From an uncultured bacterium (lineage in GTDB: Bacteria > Krumholzibacteriota > Krumholzibacteriia > LZORAL124-64-63), in NCBI GenBank assembly GCA_963732385.1, contig CAVSZB010000008.1, positions 96,001 to 160,000 of the forward strand: 64,000 nt of DNA, read 5' to 3'. This document shows, one piece after another, positions 48,473-59,478 of the stretch (the stretch's first letter is position 1; every line of letters begins with the position of its first letter). A program made the translations under genes and the position numbers. The notes below the pieces were generated by a model that ran no database searches, was not told the DNA's origin, and saw nothing but the letters and a program-made list of their open reading frames with translations.

Positions 48473-51400
48473 TCAGTAGCGCTGCTGCCACCGCAGATCG
48501 AGGCCCGAGGCCTCCTCGTTCTGACCGTAGGTGGAAATCAGCTTGAAGAGGCGGCTGAGCGTGTATTCGAGGGTCATGAAGTAGGATCCGCTGCGCTCGA
48601 GCGATTGGTGGTATTTCAACAGCAGGCGCGGGTTGATGAACTTGCCCAGCACCAGGGTGCTGCCGCCGGCGGTGTCCGACCCGATCTGCACCTGGTCGAC
48701 GCCGATCCTCCCCGACACGCTGTTCTGGAACCCGGTCGCGCCGAAGAGGAGGGCCAGCCCCTGCAGGTTCCGGCTCAATTGCTGGACCGGCGACTGCTCC
48801 CCGTTCAGGCTGACCCGCTGGTCGGTGTCGAGTTCGTTGAGCGGCCGCCCGAAGAGCAGGAAGGCCATGATATCCGCCTGGATCATCTCCGGCTCCGATT
48901 CCAGAACGATCCGGGGCTGTTGGGAACTGCCGGTGACCTTGATGCGGACCCGGGTGCCGTCGATGTCGGCGACCAGCACCAGGTCGACCGACGGGTTCAA
49001 GGGGATGCTTCCCGCCAGATCGAACCCGCCGCTCTCCACCGTGAAGGTGCGATTGAAGGCCCGCAGGGTTCCCTCGACGACCCGGAGCCTGCCCCGCAGC
49101 ACCGGCGCGGGCCGGCCGCTCCCGTCCAGGCCTCGGACGATCCGGATGTCGCCGGCCAACTCGGCTTCCAGTCCGTAGCCGATGACCTTGAAATTCCCCG
49201 GGATGAGCACGTGCAGGTCCAGGTCCGGGACGAAGAGCGGGGAGACCTCCGGCACGGAGGCGTCGCTGCGTCGCCACGTGGCCCCGGCCGGGCCCGACGA
49301 GTCGGCGGCGGCTTCCCGGGCGGCCGTCCACAGGGCGGCGGCGCCGCTCGCCGGGTGCAGAAGGGGCTGGCTCTCCTGCAGGCGGATCAGGCCGCTGGTG
49401 ACGGTGGACTCGCCAGCCAGCCGCGGATCGACAAGCCGGCCCGTCACGCCGATGTTCCCCGTCAGGTCCAGGCGGGAGCGGTTCGGCAGGTTCACCCGCA
49501 GACCCCGGGTGCGGATCACGCCGCTGATCGCGCTGTCGGTCGCCGGCGCCGCCGTCGCTGCGGCGCGGGAGACCGCCACGCCTGCTCCCACCGTCAGGTT
49601 GCCCTCCAGCGAGACGTCGGTGGGCAGGAAACCGTTGATGAAGGCGAGCGGCAGTTCCTGCTCGTTAAGGTCGAGCCGGCCGTGGCCGGCCGCCGCCGGG
49701 AACCAGCGCCCGCTGGCCGCATCGATCCGACCGGGCCAGGTCAGCGAACCGCTCACCAGGCGGGTCTCGCCGATCCCGAAGGTCAGGTTTCCCGCCAGCC
49801 CCGCCGTGTCCCCGGCGGCGAGGTGGAAATCGAGATCGATCCGGGCCTCGGGTTCCTGGTTGCGCGGGATAAGGCGCACGCCGGCGCGCCCCTGGAACAC
49901 CGGCGCCCTGCCCGCGGCGGTGCCCAGGTTCGACAGGTCGGCCACGCCCGACACGGCAAGATCGGCCCCTTCGTCCGCCGACCAGAATGGCGAAGGGAAC
50001 AGCGATTCCAGCCATTCCCTGGACAGCAGCAGATCAAGACCCGCCGCGAGCATGAGTCCCTCCCCGGCGAGGCTTGCGTCGAGGTCGAGACTGCCCGGGT
50101 CTCCCCTCAGGTGCAGCGTGCTGACGGAAAGATCCCGCGGTCCCGGCCCGCTGCGCAGCGTGAAGGGGGACGCCGCGTGGATCTCCTGACCCGCCGCCGT
50201 GAACACCAGCGTGTCGATCGTGGCGGTTCGCACGGTATCCCCGGCGGCGGAGCCCCGCAGCCAGCCGGTTGTCTCGGGAGCCCAGACGTGCAGGAGGAAG
50301 TCCCCCGCCGGGATGCCGCCGGTGGAGAGGGGGCGCCCCGTCCACGCCACGGCGAGCGAATCGACTGCTACGGAGCCGAGACGTACGCCACCCCGCGCGC
50401 GTGCGCGAACCTGCAGTTCGCGGGGCGAGCCGACGAGGGTCGCCTGGAACTCCGACAGGTCGAAATCCTGGGTCAGGAGGTGACCGTTCAGGTTCCCTTC
50501 TCCCTGCAGATCCCGCCACGGTCCCGAAATCCGCAGCCGGGAGACCAGGCCCAGGTCGGTCACGCGCAGGCTGTCGGGCAGGAGCAGATCGAGCAGGCCG
50601 GTCCCGTCCATTGTCAACGTCACCGCGAGGTCGGCCTGCGCGGTGTCCAGGTCGCCCGAGGCGAGGATGCCCGTGCCGCGCAGCGCCACCGCCAATGAAT
50701 CGACGCGCAGGTGTCCCAGGGCCCGGGACCGCGGGGCCACCTTCGCGTGGCCCACCAGCAGGCCACGGTCGAGCCATGGTGTGCGGCCAAGGTCCACGCG
50801 CAGGTCGGCACTCAGTTCTGACCATGAGCCGTCGAGCCCGCCCTCCAGATCGAGGTCGATCCGGCTGAAGGCCGCGCGGTCGATCCCCGCCGGCAGTCCG
50901 GCGGCGGCCCGGGCGACCCCCGGCAGCTGCCACACCGAGGCGATGGTGCCCGCCGCGGTGGCCGTGGCCGTGATCCGCGGGTCAGCCAACGGCCCGACCA
51001 CGGCGCCTGTCGCCTTGAGCCGCCCCCGGACGCCGGCCAGCAGGCCCGGAGCCAGCAGCGCGGGAAATTCCAGGTCCTGAAGGTCGGCGGTGACGCGACC
51101 GTCGATGGTCGCGCCGTCCCAGGCTCCCGAGGCCTCGAGAGTGGTCCCGCGCCACTGCAGACCGAGGGCATCCACGCGCAACTGCCGGAGCCGGGGTTGC
51201 GGCCGCAGGCTGACCAGCGCGGACCCGCGCCCCATCCCGCGCCGCAGGTCGGCCGAGGGGTCCAGGTCCAGCTCGGCGTCCAGCCGCAGGTCGGTGGCGG
51301 TGCCGTGGCACTGCAGGCCGAGGCGTCCCGCGAACTCCCGCATCACCATTCCGGGCAGCGGGTTCTGCAGGGGGACCGGCACCCGGGCGTGGAAATGCAG

Positions 51401-52252
51401 TTCGGCGGCGAGGTCGCCAACGTCGTCCCGCCAGGATCCGCGGACCGACAGATCCAGCGGTCCGGTCTCCACCTGCAACGAGTCCGCGCGGAAGACAAAC
51501 GCGGGCAGGCGGCCCACGAGCGAGTCGAGGGTCACCGCCCGCGTGGCGGCATCGTACGTCGCGGCGGCTCGTGCGGAGGCCAGATCCACCGTCCAGAGCG
51601 GAGCGATGCGCGATTCCGCCCGCCCGCTCAGGCTCCGCACGACCAGTTGCGGCGTCCCGCCGGCCAGCACGGATGCGGACCCTGTCACGGCCATGTCGGC
51701 GGCCACGATCCCGTCCGGCAGCAGCAGGCGGTCCACCGCCACGTCGAGTCCGCGCACCCGCAGCGAGGGCAGCGTCGGCACGCTGCCGGCGCGCAGGAAC
51801 GGAACCGGCGCCACGCCTTCGGTCCGGGCCGGCATCATGGCCAGCGGCCGCAGGAGCTGCTGGATCCCCGGCAGGTCCAGCCGGGACGCGGTGGCTGTGA
51901 ACTGCTCCACCAGCAGGTCATGGCCGCGCAGCCCCCGCAAGTCGATCCGGACCACGGCGGATTCGACCACGGCCAGGGTGTCGATGGTCGTGCCGTCGGC
52001 AGCGGGAGCGGTCCAGACCAGATCGCGCCCCGCGAAGCTGTCCAGGCGTGGCCAGGACCAGTGCCCGTGGAGTTCGCCGGGCAGTGTGCGGAGGGCCCGG
52101 CCGAGTCCTGCGCCGAGCCAGACGCCCCGCAGCGACGGGAGCAGGAACGAACCGACCAGCAGCACGACCGTCCCCACCGACCCCACCAGGACGAAGCCGA
52201 TCGCTCTGCGCACGGCCTTCCAGGCGGGCCTCGGCACGCGCCCGCCTACCAT
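48473..52252 (-). CDS. tamB: Translocation/assembly module TamB-like protein
   Basis: N-terminal TM anchor, long beta-rich body, C-terminal LESEP..QADIMAFLLFG, LGKFINPRL, DLRWQQRY; coupled to TamA. Confidence 0.8.
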   Translation of the reverse strand: MVGGRVPRPAWKAVRRAIGFVLVGSVGTVVLLVGSFLLPSLRGVWLGAGLGRALRTLPGELHGHWSWPRLDSFAGRDLVWTAPAADGTTIDTLAVVESAVVRIDLRGLRGHDLLVEQFTATASRLDLPGIQQLLRPLAMMPARTEGVAPVPFLRAGSVPTLPSLRVRGLDVAVDRLLLPDGIVAADMAVTGSASVLAGGTPQLVVRSLSGRAESRIAPLWTVDLASARAAATYDAATRAVTLDSLVGRLPAFVFRADSLQVETGPLDLSVRGSWRDDVGDLAAELHFHARVPVPLQNPLPGMVMREFAGRLGLQCHGTATDLRLDAELDLDPSADLRRGMGRGSALVSLRPQPRLRQLRVDALGLQWRGTTLEASGAWDGATIDGRVTADLQDLEFPALLAPGLLAGVRGRLKATGAVVGPLADPRITATATAAGTIASVWQLPGVARAAAGLPAGIDRAAFSRIDLDLEGGLDGSWSELSADLRVDLGRTPWLDRGLLVGHAKVAPRSRALGHLRVDSLAVALRGTGILASGDLDTAQADLAVTLTMDGTGLLDLLLPDSLRVTDLGLVSRLRISGPWRDLQGEGNLNGHLLTQDFDLSEFQATLVGSPRELQVRARARGGVRLGSVAVDSLAVAWTGRPLSTGGIPAGDFLLHVWAPETTGWLRGSAAGDTVRTATIDTLVFTAAGQEIHAASPFTLRSGPGPRDLSVSTLHLRGDPGSLDLDASLAGEGLMLAAGLDLLLSREWLESLFPSPFWSADEGADLAVSGVADLSNLGTAAGRAPVFQGRAGVRLIPRNQEPEARIDLDFHLAAGDTAGLAGNLTFGIGETRLVSGSLTWPGRIDAASGRWFPAAAGHGRLDLNEQELPLAFINGFLPTDVSLEGNLTVGAGVAVSRAAATAAPATDSAISGVIRTRGLRVNLPNRSRLDLTGNIGVTGRLVDPRLAGESTVTSGLIRLQESQPLLHPASGAAALWTAAREAAADSSGPAGATWRRSDASVPEVSPLFVPDLDLHVLIPGNFKVIGYGLEAELAGDIRIVRGLDGSGRPAPVLRGRLRVVEGTLRAFNRTFTVESGGFDLAGSIPLNPSVDLVLVADIDGTRVRIKVTGSSQQPRIVLESEPEMIQADIMAFLLFGRPLNELDTDQRVSLNGEQSPVQQLSRNLQGLALLFGATGFQNSVSGRIGVDQVQIGSDTAGGSTLVLGKFINPRLLLKYHQSLERSGSYFMTLEYTLSRLFKLISTYGQNEEASGLDLRWQQRY

Positions 52253-54099
52253 GGGTACCCCACGCCGAAATAGGCCAGGGCGGACGGCTCGTCCGCAGAG
52301 ACGGGGCCAAGGTTCCAGGCGTAACCGATGCGCACCGGGCCGAGGGGCGTGCGGAAATCCAGGCCGGCACCGGCCGCAGTCTCCAGATCGGCGAGCCGGA
52401 CATCGCCCGGCCGACGCCAGACCTGGCCGGAGTCGAGGAACACGATGGCCCCAAGAATCCAGGTCACGGGAAGCCGGGCCTCCATGCCGGCCAGCAGCAC
52501 GGCATCGCCTCCGAGCGGCAGGCCGTCGGCATCGCGCGGCCCGAGTTGGCGCCGGCCGTAGCCGCGCATGCTGCTGTAGCCGCCGGCGAAGAAGCGGCGA
52601 TTGGGCAGCAGCGCCTCGGCCTTTCCCAGCGGCTCGGCCCAGCCTGCCCGGGCACGTCCGGCCAGGATGGCGCCGCCGCCGAGGCCGTGGTACAGCGAGA
52701 GATCGCCCTGCATGGAGAGGTAAGGCGACCCGGAACCGCTGATGGGTGGCGACCAGGTGGAGGTCAGCTTCCCGAACCCGCCCGCGCGCGGGTAGAGGGG
52801 ATCGTCGGTCCAGTCCCATTTCCGGTCGGCCCAGATCTCAAGCAGGCTGCCCTCCCGATCGACGATGGACTGGTCGACCGTACTCCTGAGCGTCAGAGAC
52901 ACGCGCGAAAGGGACACGCCTGCATTTGCCAGGTCCCGTCCCCGCGGCCGCAGGCTCTGGGTCAGGGCCAGTCGCCATTCCCGGGAGACGAAGGCGTCCT
53001 CGGATTCGCGCCGCCATTCGGCGCTCGCACGGGTGCGGGCGCGGGGCGAGAGCCAGCCGAACCAGCTCAGGCCGCCACCGGCGTTCTGGGTGTGGGTCGC
53101 CAGGGCGGCGTGGGCGTCGAGCCCCTGACCACCGCCCAGCAGGTTGCGATGCGCCCAGCCGACCCGCGCCATCCATGGGTTGTCCGACCACGTGCCGACG
53201 CCAGCCTCCACCAGGCGCATGTCCGCGTTCTCGACCGTGGCCACCAGGTCCAGCCGCCCCGGGCCCTGCGGAACCACATCAAGGGTGACCTGGCGGAAGA
53301 GCTGGCTGGAGCGCAGATCGAACGCGGCCTCTTCGAGGCTGGATTGTGCGAAGGCGGTGGGGGGCACGATGTTCATCAGGCGACGGGTCAGCGGCGCCAG
53401 GTCGGGACTGCAGCCGGCGACGGTTACGCCGGTGATGTCGTAGCGGTCGCCAGGAGTGACGGCATACATGACGGCCACGCCGCTGGCGCTGATGGGGCGG
53501 GCCGATACGTCCACCTCGGCCAGCGCGAAGCCCCCGTCCCGCAGGAAGCGCTGCAGGAAGGCGCGTGAAAGCTCGATCCTCGCGTCACGGAAGCGCTCGC
53601 CACGTCGGCACAGTTCCCTGGAGGCGGAATCGGGTGGGGCCAGTCCGGCGGGCCAGCCCTGCAGCTCGGTCGCCATGACTCTGACCGGAGGGCCCGGCTC
53701 GATGCGCAGGGTCAGGCCCAGCCGTTTCCTGCCGCTTTCCGGGGAAGCCACCGGCGTGACCTCCGCCGCCGGGTACCCCTCGTGCGCCATGAAGAGCCGG
53801 ATCCGGTCCAGGTCCTCCGCCAGCAGACGGCGGCGGAAGGCCGGCAGGACCGGGCCGCGCAACAGGCGGTCGCGGCCGGCCAGCGCCAGTCCCCCCTTCA
53901 ACTCCCTGTCCAGATCGGAAGGTGCGCCCTCCAGCCTGAGCCAGGCGATTTTCCAGCCTTCGTAGCGGCGCCACTCCCGCCCCGCGGGCGTCCCGGCCGC
54001 GGACGGAGCGACAACCATGACGCCAAGCGACAGCGTCGCAATCCCGAGGATTCCGCGCAGCAGGCGAGTCGCCGGTCGCTGTCGGGGAGCATTGGACAT
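52246..54099 (-). CDS. tamA: TamA/BamA-family Omp85 outer-membrane protein
   Basis: POTRA-like N-region, HRNLLGGG, FFAGGYSSMRGY, TPLGPVR, FGVGYPW. Confidence 0.85.
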   Translation of the reverse strand: MSNAPRQRPATRLLRGILGIATLSLGVMVVAPSAAGTPAGREWRRYEGWKIAWLRLEGAPSDLDRELKGGLALAGRDRLLRGPVLPAFRRRLLAEDLDRIRLFMAHEGYPAAEVTPVASPESGRKRLGLTLRIEPGPPVRVMATELQGWPAGLAPPDSASRELCRRGERFRDARIELSRAFLQRFLRDGGFALAEVDVSARPISASGVAVMYAVTPGDRYDITGVTVAGCSPDLAPLTRRLMNIVPPTAFAQSSLEEAAFDLRSSQLFRQVTLDVVPQGPGRLDLVATVENADMRLVEAGVGTWSDNPWMARVGWAHRNLLGGGQGLDAHAALATHTQNAGGGLSWFGWLSPRARTRASAEWRRESEDAFVSREWRLALTQSLRPRGRDLANAGVSLSRVSLTLRSTVDQSIVDREGSLLEIWADRKWDWTDDPLYPRAGGFGKLTSTWSPPISGSGSPYLSMQGDLSLYHGLGGGAILAGRARAGWAEPLGKAEALLPNRRFFAGGYSSMRGYGRRQLGPRDADGLPLGGDAVLLAGMEARLPVTWILGAIVFLDSGQVWRRPGDVRLADLETAAGAGLDFRTPLGPVRIGYAWNLGPVSADEPSALAYFGVGYPW

Positions 54100-54160
54100 G
54101 GCACCTGCATCATAACGGCTTGGCGGCCGGGATGCCCACAAATGCGAGCGCCGGGCCTCC

Positions 54161-55375
54161 TCAGATCCGCGCCAGCGCCTGCCGCAGGTCCGCGATGATG
54201 TCGTCGACGTCCTCCAGGCCGACCGACAGCCTGACCATGGCCGGGTCGATGCCCACCTTCTTCAGGTCCGCCTCGCTGTAGGTCGAGTGGGTCATGGTGG
54301 CGGGGTGTTCGATGAGGGTGTCGACGTCGCCGAGGCTGACGGCGAGGGTGCAGAGCTCGACGTTGTCCATGACCACCTTGCCGGCGTTGCGGCCCCCCTT
54401 GACCAGGAAGCTGATCATGCCGCCGAAGCCGCGCTGCTGGCGGGTGGCGAGGTCGTGCTGGGGGTGGGTGCGCAGGCCGGGGTAGGTCACCTCGGTCACT
54501 TTGGGGTGGTAGGAGAGGAAGTTGGCCACTTCCATGGCGTTTTCGCTGTGGCGGTCCATGCGGACGGGGAGGGTCTTGAGGCCGCGCAAAAGAAGCCAGG
54601 CGTTGAACGGGGAGATGATGCCGCCGAGGTCGCGCACGGTCTCGAAGCGGGCCTTGAGGATCCAGTCGGCCTTGCCGACGAGGATGCCGGCCACCGTGTC
54701 GCCGTGGCCGCCGATGTATTTCGTGGCGCTGTGCAGGACGATGTCGGCGCCGAGGTTGAGCGGGTTCTGGTAGTAGGGGGTGCAGAAGGTGTTGTCGACC
54801 AGCATCGGGATGCCGGCCTGGCGCGCGATCTTCCCCACGGCTTCGATATCGGTCAGCACCAGCGTCGGGTTGGCGGGCGACTCGACGTAGATCAGTTTCG
54901 TCTTCTTCGTCACGGCGCGGGCGAAGTTCTGCGGGTCGCGCGCATCGACCTCGGTCACGGTGATGCCGAGCTTCGGCAGGGTGTGCGTGAAGAGCTGGTG
55001 CGTGCCGCCGTAGAGGGTGTCGCCGGAGACGATGTGGTCGCCGGCCTGGCAGCAGGTCAGCACGGCCGTGGTGCAGGCGGCCATGCCGCTGCCGAGGGCC
55101 AGCGCCGCCTCGCCCTGCTCGAGATTGGCCATTTCGGTTTCGAGCGCGGCCTGCGTCGGGTTGCCCAGGCGCGTGTAGAAATAGCCGCTCTCGGTGCCGG
55201 CGAAGATGGCGGCGCCGTGGTCGGCGCTCTCGAAGGCGAAGGTCGAGCTCTGGAAGATCGGGGTCGAGACAGCGCGAATCGGCTGGTCGGTCTCGTGCTT
55301 GTCCAGATGCTTCTTCCCGTGGATGCAGAGCGTGGCGAACTTGTACTTGTGCGCGCGGTCCTTATGGTCGCTCAT
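54161..55375 (-). CDS. Cys/Met-metabolism PLP enzyme, methionine gamma-lyase-like
   Basis: YTRLGNPT, ESPANP, DNTF, HSATKYIGGHGD, AVSLGD; has YGGT rather than the YGCT of canonical MGL. Confidence 0.85.
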   Translation of the reverse strand: MSDHKDRAHKYKFATLCIHGKKHLDKHETDQPIRAVSTPIFQSSTFAFESADHGAAIFAGTESGYFYTRLGNPTQAALETEMANLEQGEAALALGSGMAACTTAVLTCCQAGDHIVSGDTLYGGTHQLFTHTLPKLGITVTEVDARDPQNFARAVTKKTKLIYVESPANPTLVLTDIEAVGKIARQAGIPMLVDNTFCTPYYQNPLNLGADIVLHSATKYIGGHGDTVAGILVGKADWILKARFETVRDLGGIISPFNAWLLLRGLKTLPVRMDRHSENAMEVANFLSYHPKVTEVTYPGLRTHPQHDLATRQQRGFGGMISFLVKGGRNAGKVVMDNVELCTLAVSLGDVDTLIEHPATMTHSTYSEADLKKVGIDPAMVRLSVGLEDVDDIIADLRQALARI

Positions 55376-56562
55376 CGCGCCCCCCCCTTCCGGCCGCGCA
55401 TCGGTGGCGCCGCGGCCCGCAGGGTCTCCACCTGGGTCAGCTCCTCCCACGGCAGGCCGGCGCGCCCGAAGTGGCCGCCCACCGCGGTCGGCGCGTAGAT
55501 CGGCCGGCGCAGGTCGAGCGCCTCGATGATCCCGGCGGGGGAGAGGTCGAACCGGGAGCGCACGATGTCGGTCAGCTTAGCGTCGGGCAGGACGCCGGTG
55601 CCGAAGCTGTCCACCTGGACGACGATCGGTTCGGACATGCCGATCACGTAGACGACCTCCACCGTGCAGCGGCGCGCCAGCCCGGCGGCCACGAGATGTT
55701 TGGCGACCCAGCGCGCGCCATACGAGCCGCTGCGGTCCGGTTTGGTGGGATCCTTGCCCGAGAAGGCGTTGCCGCCGTGCGGACAGGCGGCGCCGTAGCT
55801 GTCGACCGTGATCTTGCGACCGGTCTGCCCGCAGTCGGCCCGCGGGCCGCCGTGGGTGAACGAGCCGGTGGGGTTGATGTGGACCCGCGTGGCGTCGTCG
55901 AGCAGGCCGGCCGGCCCGAGCACCGGCTTGATGACCAGTCGGAGCAGGTCGCGGCGGATGAGCGTCTGGGCCGCCTCGGGGCGGTGGTGCGCCGAGACGA
56001 CCACGTCGGCGGCGCGGCGCGGCCGCCCCTGTGCGTCGTAATCGATGGTCACCTGGGTCTTGCCGTCGGGATAGAGGTAGGGCAGGCGCCCCTCGCGGCG
56101 GACGGCGGTGAGGCGGTCGGCGAGCCGGTTGGCGAAGAAGGCAGGCGCCGGCATGAGCACGGTGCCGCCCGGCAGGGCGGCCGCTTCGTCGGTGGCGTAG
56201 CCCACCACGATCCCCTGGTCACCGGCTCCCTTGCGGTCCACGCCCATCGCCACGTTGGGCGACTGCTCCTCGATCATCACGACCACGGCGCAGCTCTGGT
56301 GGTCGAAGCCGGTGGAGGGGTCGTCGTAGCCGACGGCAAGAATCGTCCGGCGCACGACCGCGGCAAGGTCGACATAGCACTTCGTGGTGATCTGCCCGGT
56401 GACGACCACCATGCCGGTGGTGACGATCACTTCGCAGGAGACGCGCGCGAACCGGTCGTGGGTCAGGATCGCGTCGAGGATCGAGTCGGCGATCAGATCG
56501 CACAGCTTGTCCGCATGTCCCGCCGTGACGGATTCGGCCGTCAGGAGTCTGCCCGTGCCCAT
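55372..56562 (-). CDS. metK: S-adenosylmethionine synthetase (divergent)
   Basis: ESVTAGHADK, GAGDQG, PDGKTQV, INPTG, TGRKI, FSGKDPTK. Confidence 0.9.
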   Translation of the reverse strand: MGTGRLLTAESVTAGHADKLCDLIADSILDAILTHDRFARVSCEVIVTTGMVVVTGQITTKCYVDLAAVVRRTILAVGYDDPSTGFDHQSCAVVVMIEEQSPNVAMGVDRKGAGDQGIVVGYATDEAAALPGGTVLMPAPAFFANRLADRLTAVRREGRLPYLYPDGKTQVTIDYDAQGRPRRAADVVVSAHHRPEAAQTLIRRDLLRLVIKPVLGPAGLLDDATRVHINPTGSFTHGGPRADCGQTGRKITVDSYGAACPHGGNAFSGKDPTKPDRSGSYGARWVAKHLVAAGLARRCTVEVVYVIGMSEPIVVQVDSFGTGVLPDAKLTDIVRSRFDLSPAGIIEALDLRRPIYAPTAVGGHFGRAGLPWEELTQVETLRAAAPPMRGRKGGAR

Positions 56563-56699
56563 GATACCTCCCGCCGGCGCCAGGCGGGCGCCGAAAGCGC
56601 TTGAATTCGGCCGGGTCTTTGAAACAATGGCCCGTGGCCTGCGTTGTACGCCGGCATTGCCTGTCGCCGAGGTCAACCCCGGAACCGGACCGGTCAATC

Positions 56700-57640
<941 letters not shown>

Positions 57641-57642
57641 GG

Positions 57643-58497
57643 ATGCCCGTCTACGAACGGGGCTATCGGCACTGGGAGCCGTCGGGGCGGCGCGAGGCGG
57701 CGCCGTGGTGGGTCATCGCCCGCCGCGGCATCCTGGCGCCGCTGCGCACGCGCCGTTTCCTGGCCCTGCTGCTGCTGGCCTGGGTGCCGGCGGTGGTGAA
57801 GGGGGTCATCCTGTACTTCTCGTTCCAGGCGGGCGACCTGATGAAACTGCTGGGCGGTTCGTGGGCGTCCGTCGATGCGCCCGGCTTCTTCGCCTTCCTC
57901 GAAAAGCAGCGCAGCTTCGTGTTGATCGTGCTGGCGATCGTCGGCACGCCGCTCGTGTCGCGCGACCGCAGCGAGAACGGGCTCGCGCTCTACTTCGCGC
58001 GGCCGCTGACGCTGCGTGACTACGTGCTGGGCAAGCTGCTGATCGTGCTGTTCTACTTCCTGATCGTGACCCTCGCGCCGGTGCTGCTGCTGGCGTTGTT
58101 CGGCTACCTGGTCACCTCAGGGGCGACCGGGCTGGACATGCTGCTGCTGACGCCGCTGCGCGCCACCGTCTACTGCCTCCTCGCCGGCACCAGCCTGGGC
58201 CTCGTGCTGCTGGCGCTTTCGGCGTCGGGTAGGCGGACGGTATTCATCGCCATGAGCTGGCTGATGCTGTTCGCCGGCAGTGCGCTGGTGGCGAAGATCC
58301 TCGCGCTGTTCGGCGGGCCGTGGATGCAGCTCCTCGACGTCCCTGCCCAGTACGACCACGCCGGCTCGCTGCTGTTCGGCGCGAAGGCGCCGCTGGAATA
58401 TCCGCGCGTGATCAGCTTCCTGCTGATCGCCGGCTACACGGCCTGCGCCTGGGTCGTGCTGCGGCGGCGGATCCGTCCGGTGGAGGTGGTGTCGTGA
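57643..58497 (+). CDS. ABC-2 type transporter permease
   Basis: About six TM helices, SRDRSENGLALYFARPL...YVLGK. Confidence 0.85.
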   Translation: MPVYERGYRHWEPSGRREAAPWWVIARRGILAPLRTRRFLALLLLAWVPAVVKGVILYFSFQAGDLMKLLGGSWASVDAPGFFAFLEKQRSFVLIVLAIVGTPLVSRDRSENGLALYFARPLTLRDYVLGKLLIVLFYFLIVTLAPVLLLALFGYLVTSGATGLDMLLLTPLRATVYCLLAGTSLGLVLLALSASGRRTVFIAMSWLMLFAGSALVAKILALFGGPWMQLLDVPAQYDHAGSLLFGAKAPLEYPRVISFLLIAGYTACAWVVLRRRIRPVEVVS

Positions 58498-59450
58498 GCC
58501 CCGACATCGCCCGGCCCGTCACCGCCGCGCCCCTGGTCCTGCAGGCGCGCCGGGTCAGCAAATGGTTCGGCGAGGTGATCGCGGTCAACGACTCGAGCCT
58601 GACCGTCGGCCCCGGCGTGACCGGCCTGCTCGGCCTGAACGGGGCTGGCAAGACGACGTTGTTCAAGCTGCTGTCCGGCCTGATCGAGCCGAGCCAGGGC
58701 GAGGTGCTCATCTTCGGCCAGCGGTTGCGGCGGGAGGTGGGGCTGTTCCGGCGGATCGGCTTCTGTCCCGAGAGCGAGGCGATGCACGACTGGCTCACCG
58801 GGCGCGAGTTCGTCTCCCTGATGCTGCGGCTGATGGGCGCGCCGGGCCCGGAGATCGCGCCGCGCACGGCGGCGGCCCTGGACCGCGTGCACCTGGCCGA
58901 CGCCGCCGACCGGCGCATCGGCTCCTACTCCAAGGGCATGCGCCAGAAGATCAAGATGGCGCAGGCGCTCGTGCACGACCCCGATATCATCTTCCTCGAC
59001 GAGCCGCTCAACGGCATGGATCCGGTGGCGCGGCACGAGATCATCGCGCTCGTGAAGCAGCTCGGGGCGTCCGGCAAGACGGTGCTCGTGTCGAGCCACA
59101 TCCTGCCGGAGATCGAGGAGATGACCCGCAGCATCGTGCTCATCCACCATGGCAAGGTGCTGGCGGAGGGGGATGTGACCGAGATCCGCGACAAGATCCA
59201 CGATCACCCCACCATCGTGGCGCTGAGCGCGCCGGAGCCGCGCCGCCTGGCCTCGTTCCTGGCCGGGCGCGAACTCGTGATGGGGGTCGAACTGGACGAA
59301 CGCGGGCGCGTGGTGGCGCGCACCGACCACGCGGTCGCCTTCTACCGCGCCCTGCCGGGCTGGCTGCTGGCGGAGAAACTGGCGGTGGACGAGATCGAGA
59401 CGCTGGACGACAGCCTGCAGGCGGTGTTCGACTACCTGGTGGGCGACTGA
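58494..59450 (+). CDS. ABC transporter ATP-binding protein
   Basis: GLNGAGKT, YSKGMRQK, LDEPLNGMD, SSH. Confidence 0.92.
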   Translation: MSPDIARPVTAAPLVLQARRVSKWFGEVIAVNDSSLTVGPGVTGLLGLNGAGKTTLFKLLSGLIEPSQGEVLIFGQRLRREVGLFRRIGFCPESEAMHDWLTGREFVSLMLRLMGAPGPEIAPRTAAALDRVHLADAADRRIGSYSKGMRQKIKMAQALVHDPDIIFLDEPLNGMDPVARHEIIALVKQLGASGKTVLVSSHILPEIEEMTRSIVLIHHGKVLAEGDVTEIRDKIHDHPTIVALSAPEPRRLASFLAGRELVMGVELDERGRVVARTDHAVAFYRALPGWLLAEKLAVDEIETLDDSLQAVFDYLVGD

Positions 59451-59478
59451 GCGCGCGGAGCGCGCGGGGAGGCTCGGC

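Noticed and set aside
48345..49331. N-terminal extensions of the DUF5916 (1238 aa) and TamB (1448 aa) ORFs
   Set aside because: They overlap upstream genes in another frame; signal or TM segments start at 48344 and 52252
56563..56699. Possible SAM riboswitch upstream of metK
   Set aside because: No recognisable SAM-I/II core or terminator by eye; short divergent promoter region; an Rfam scan would settle it
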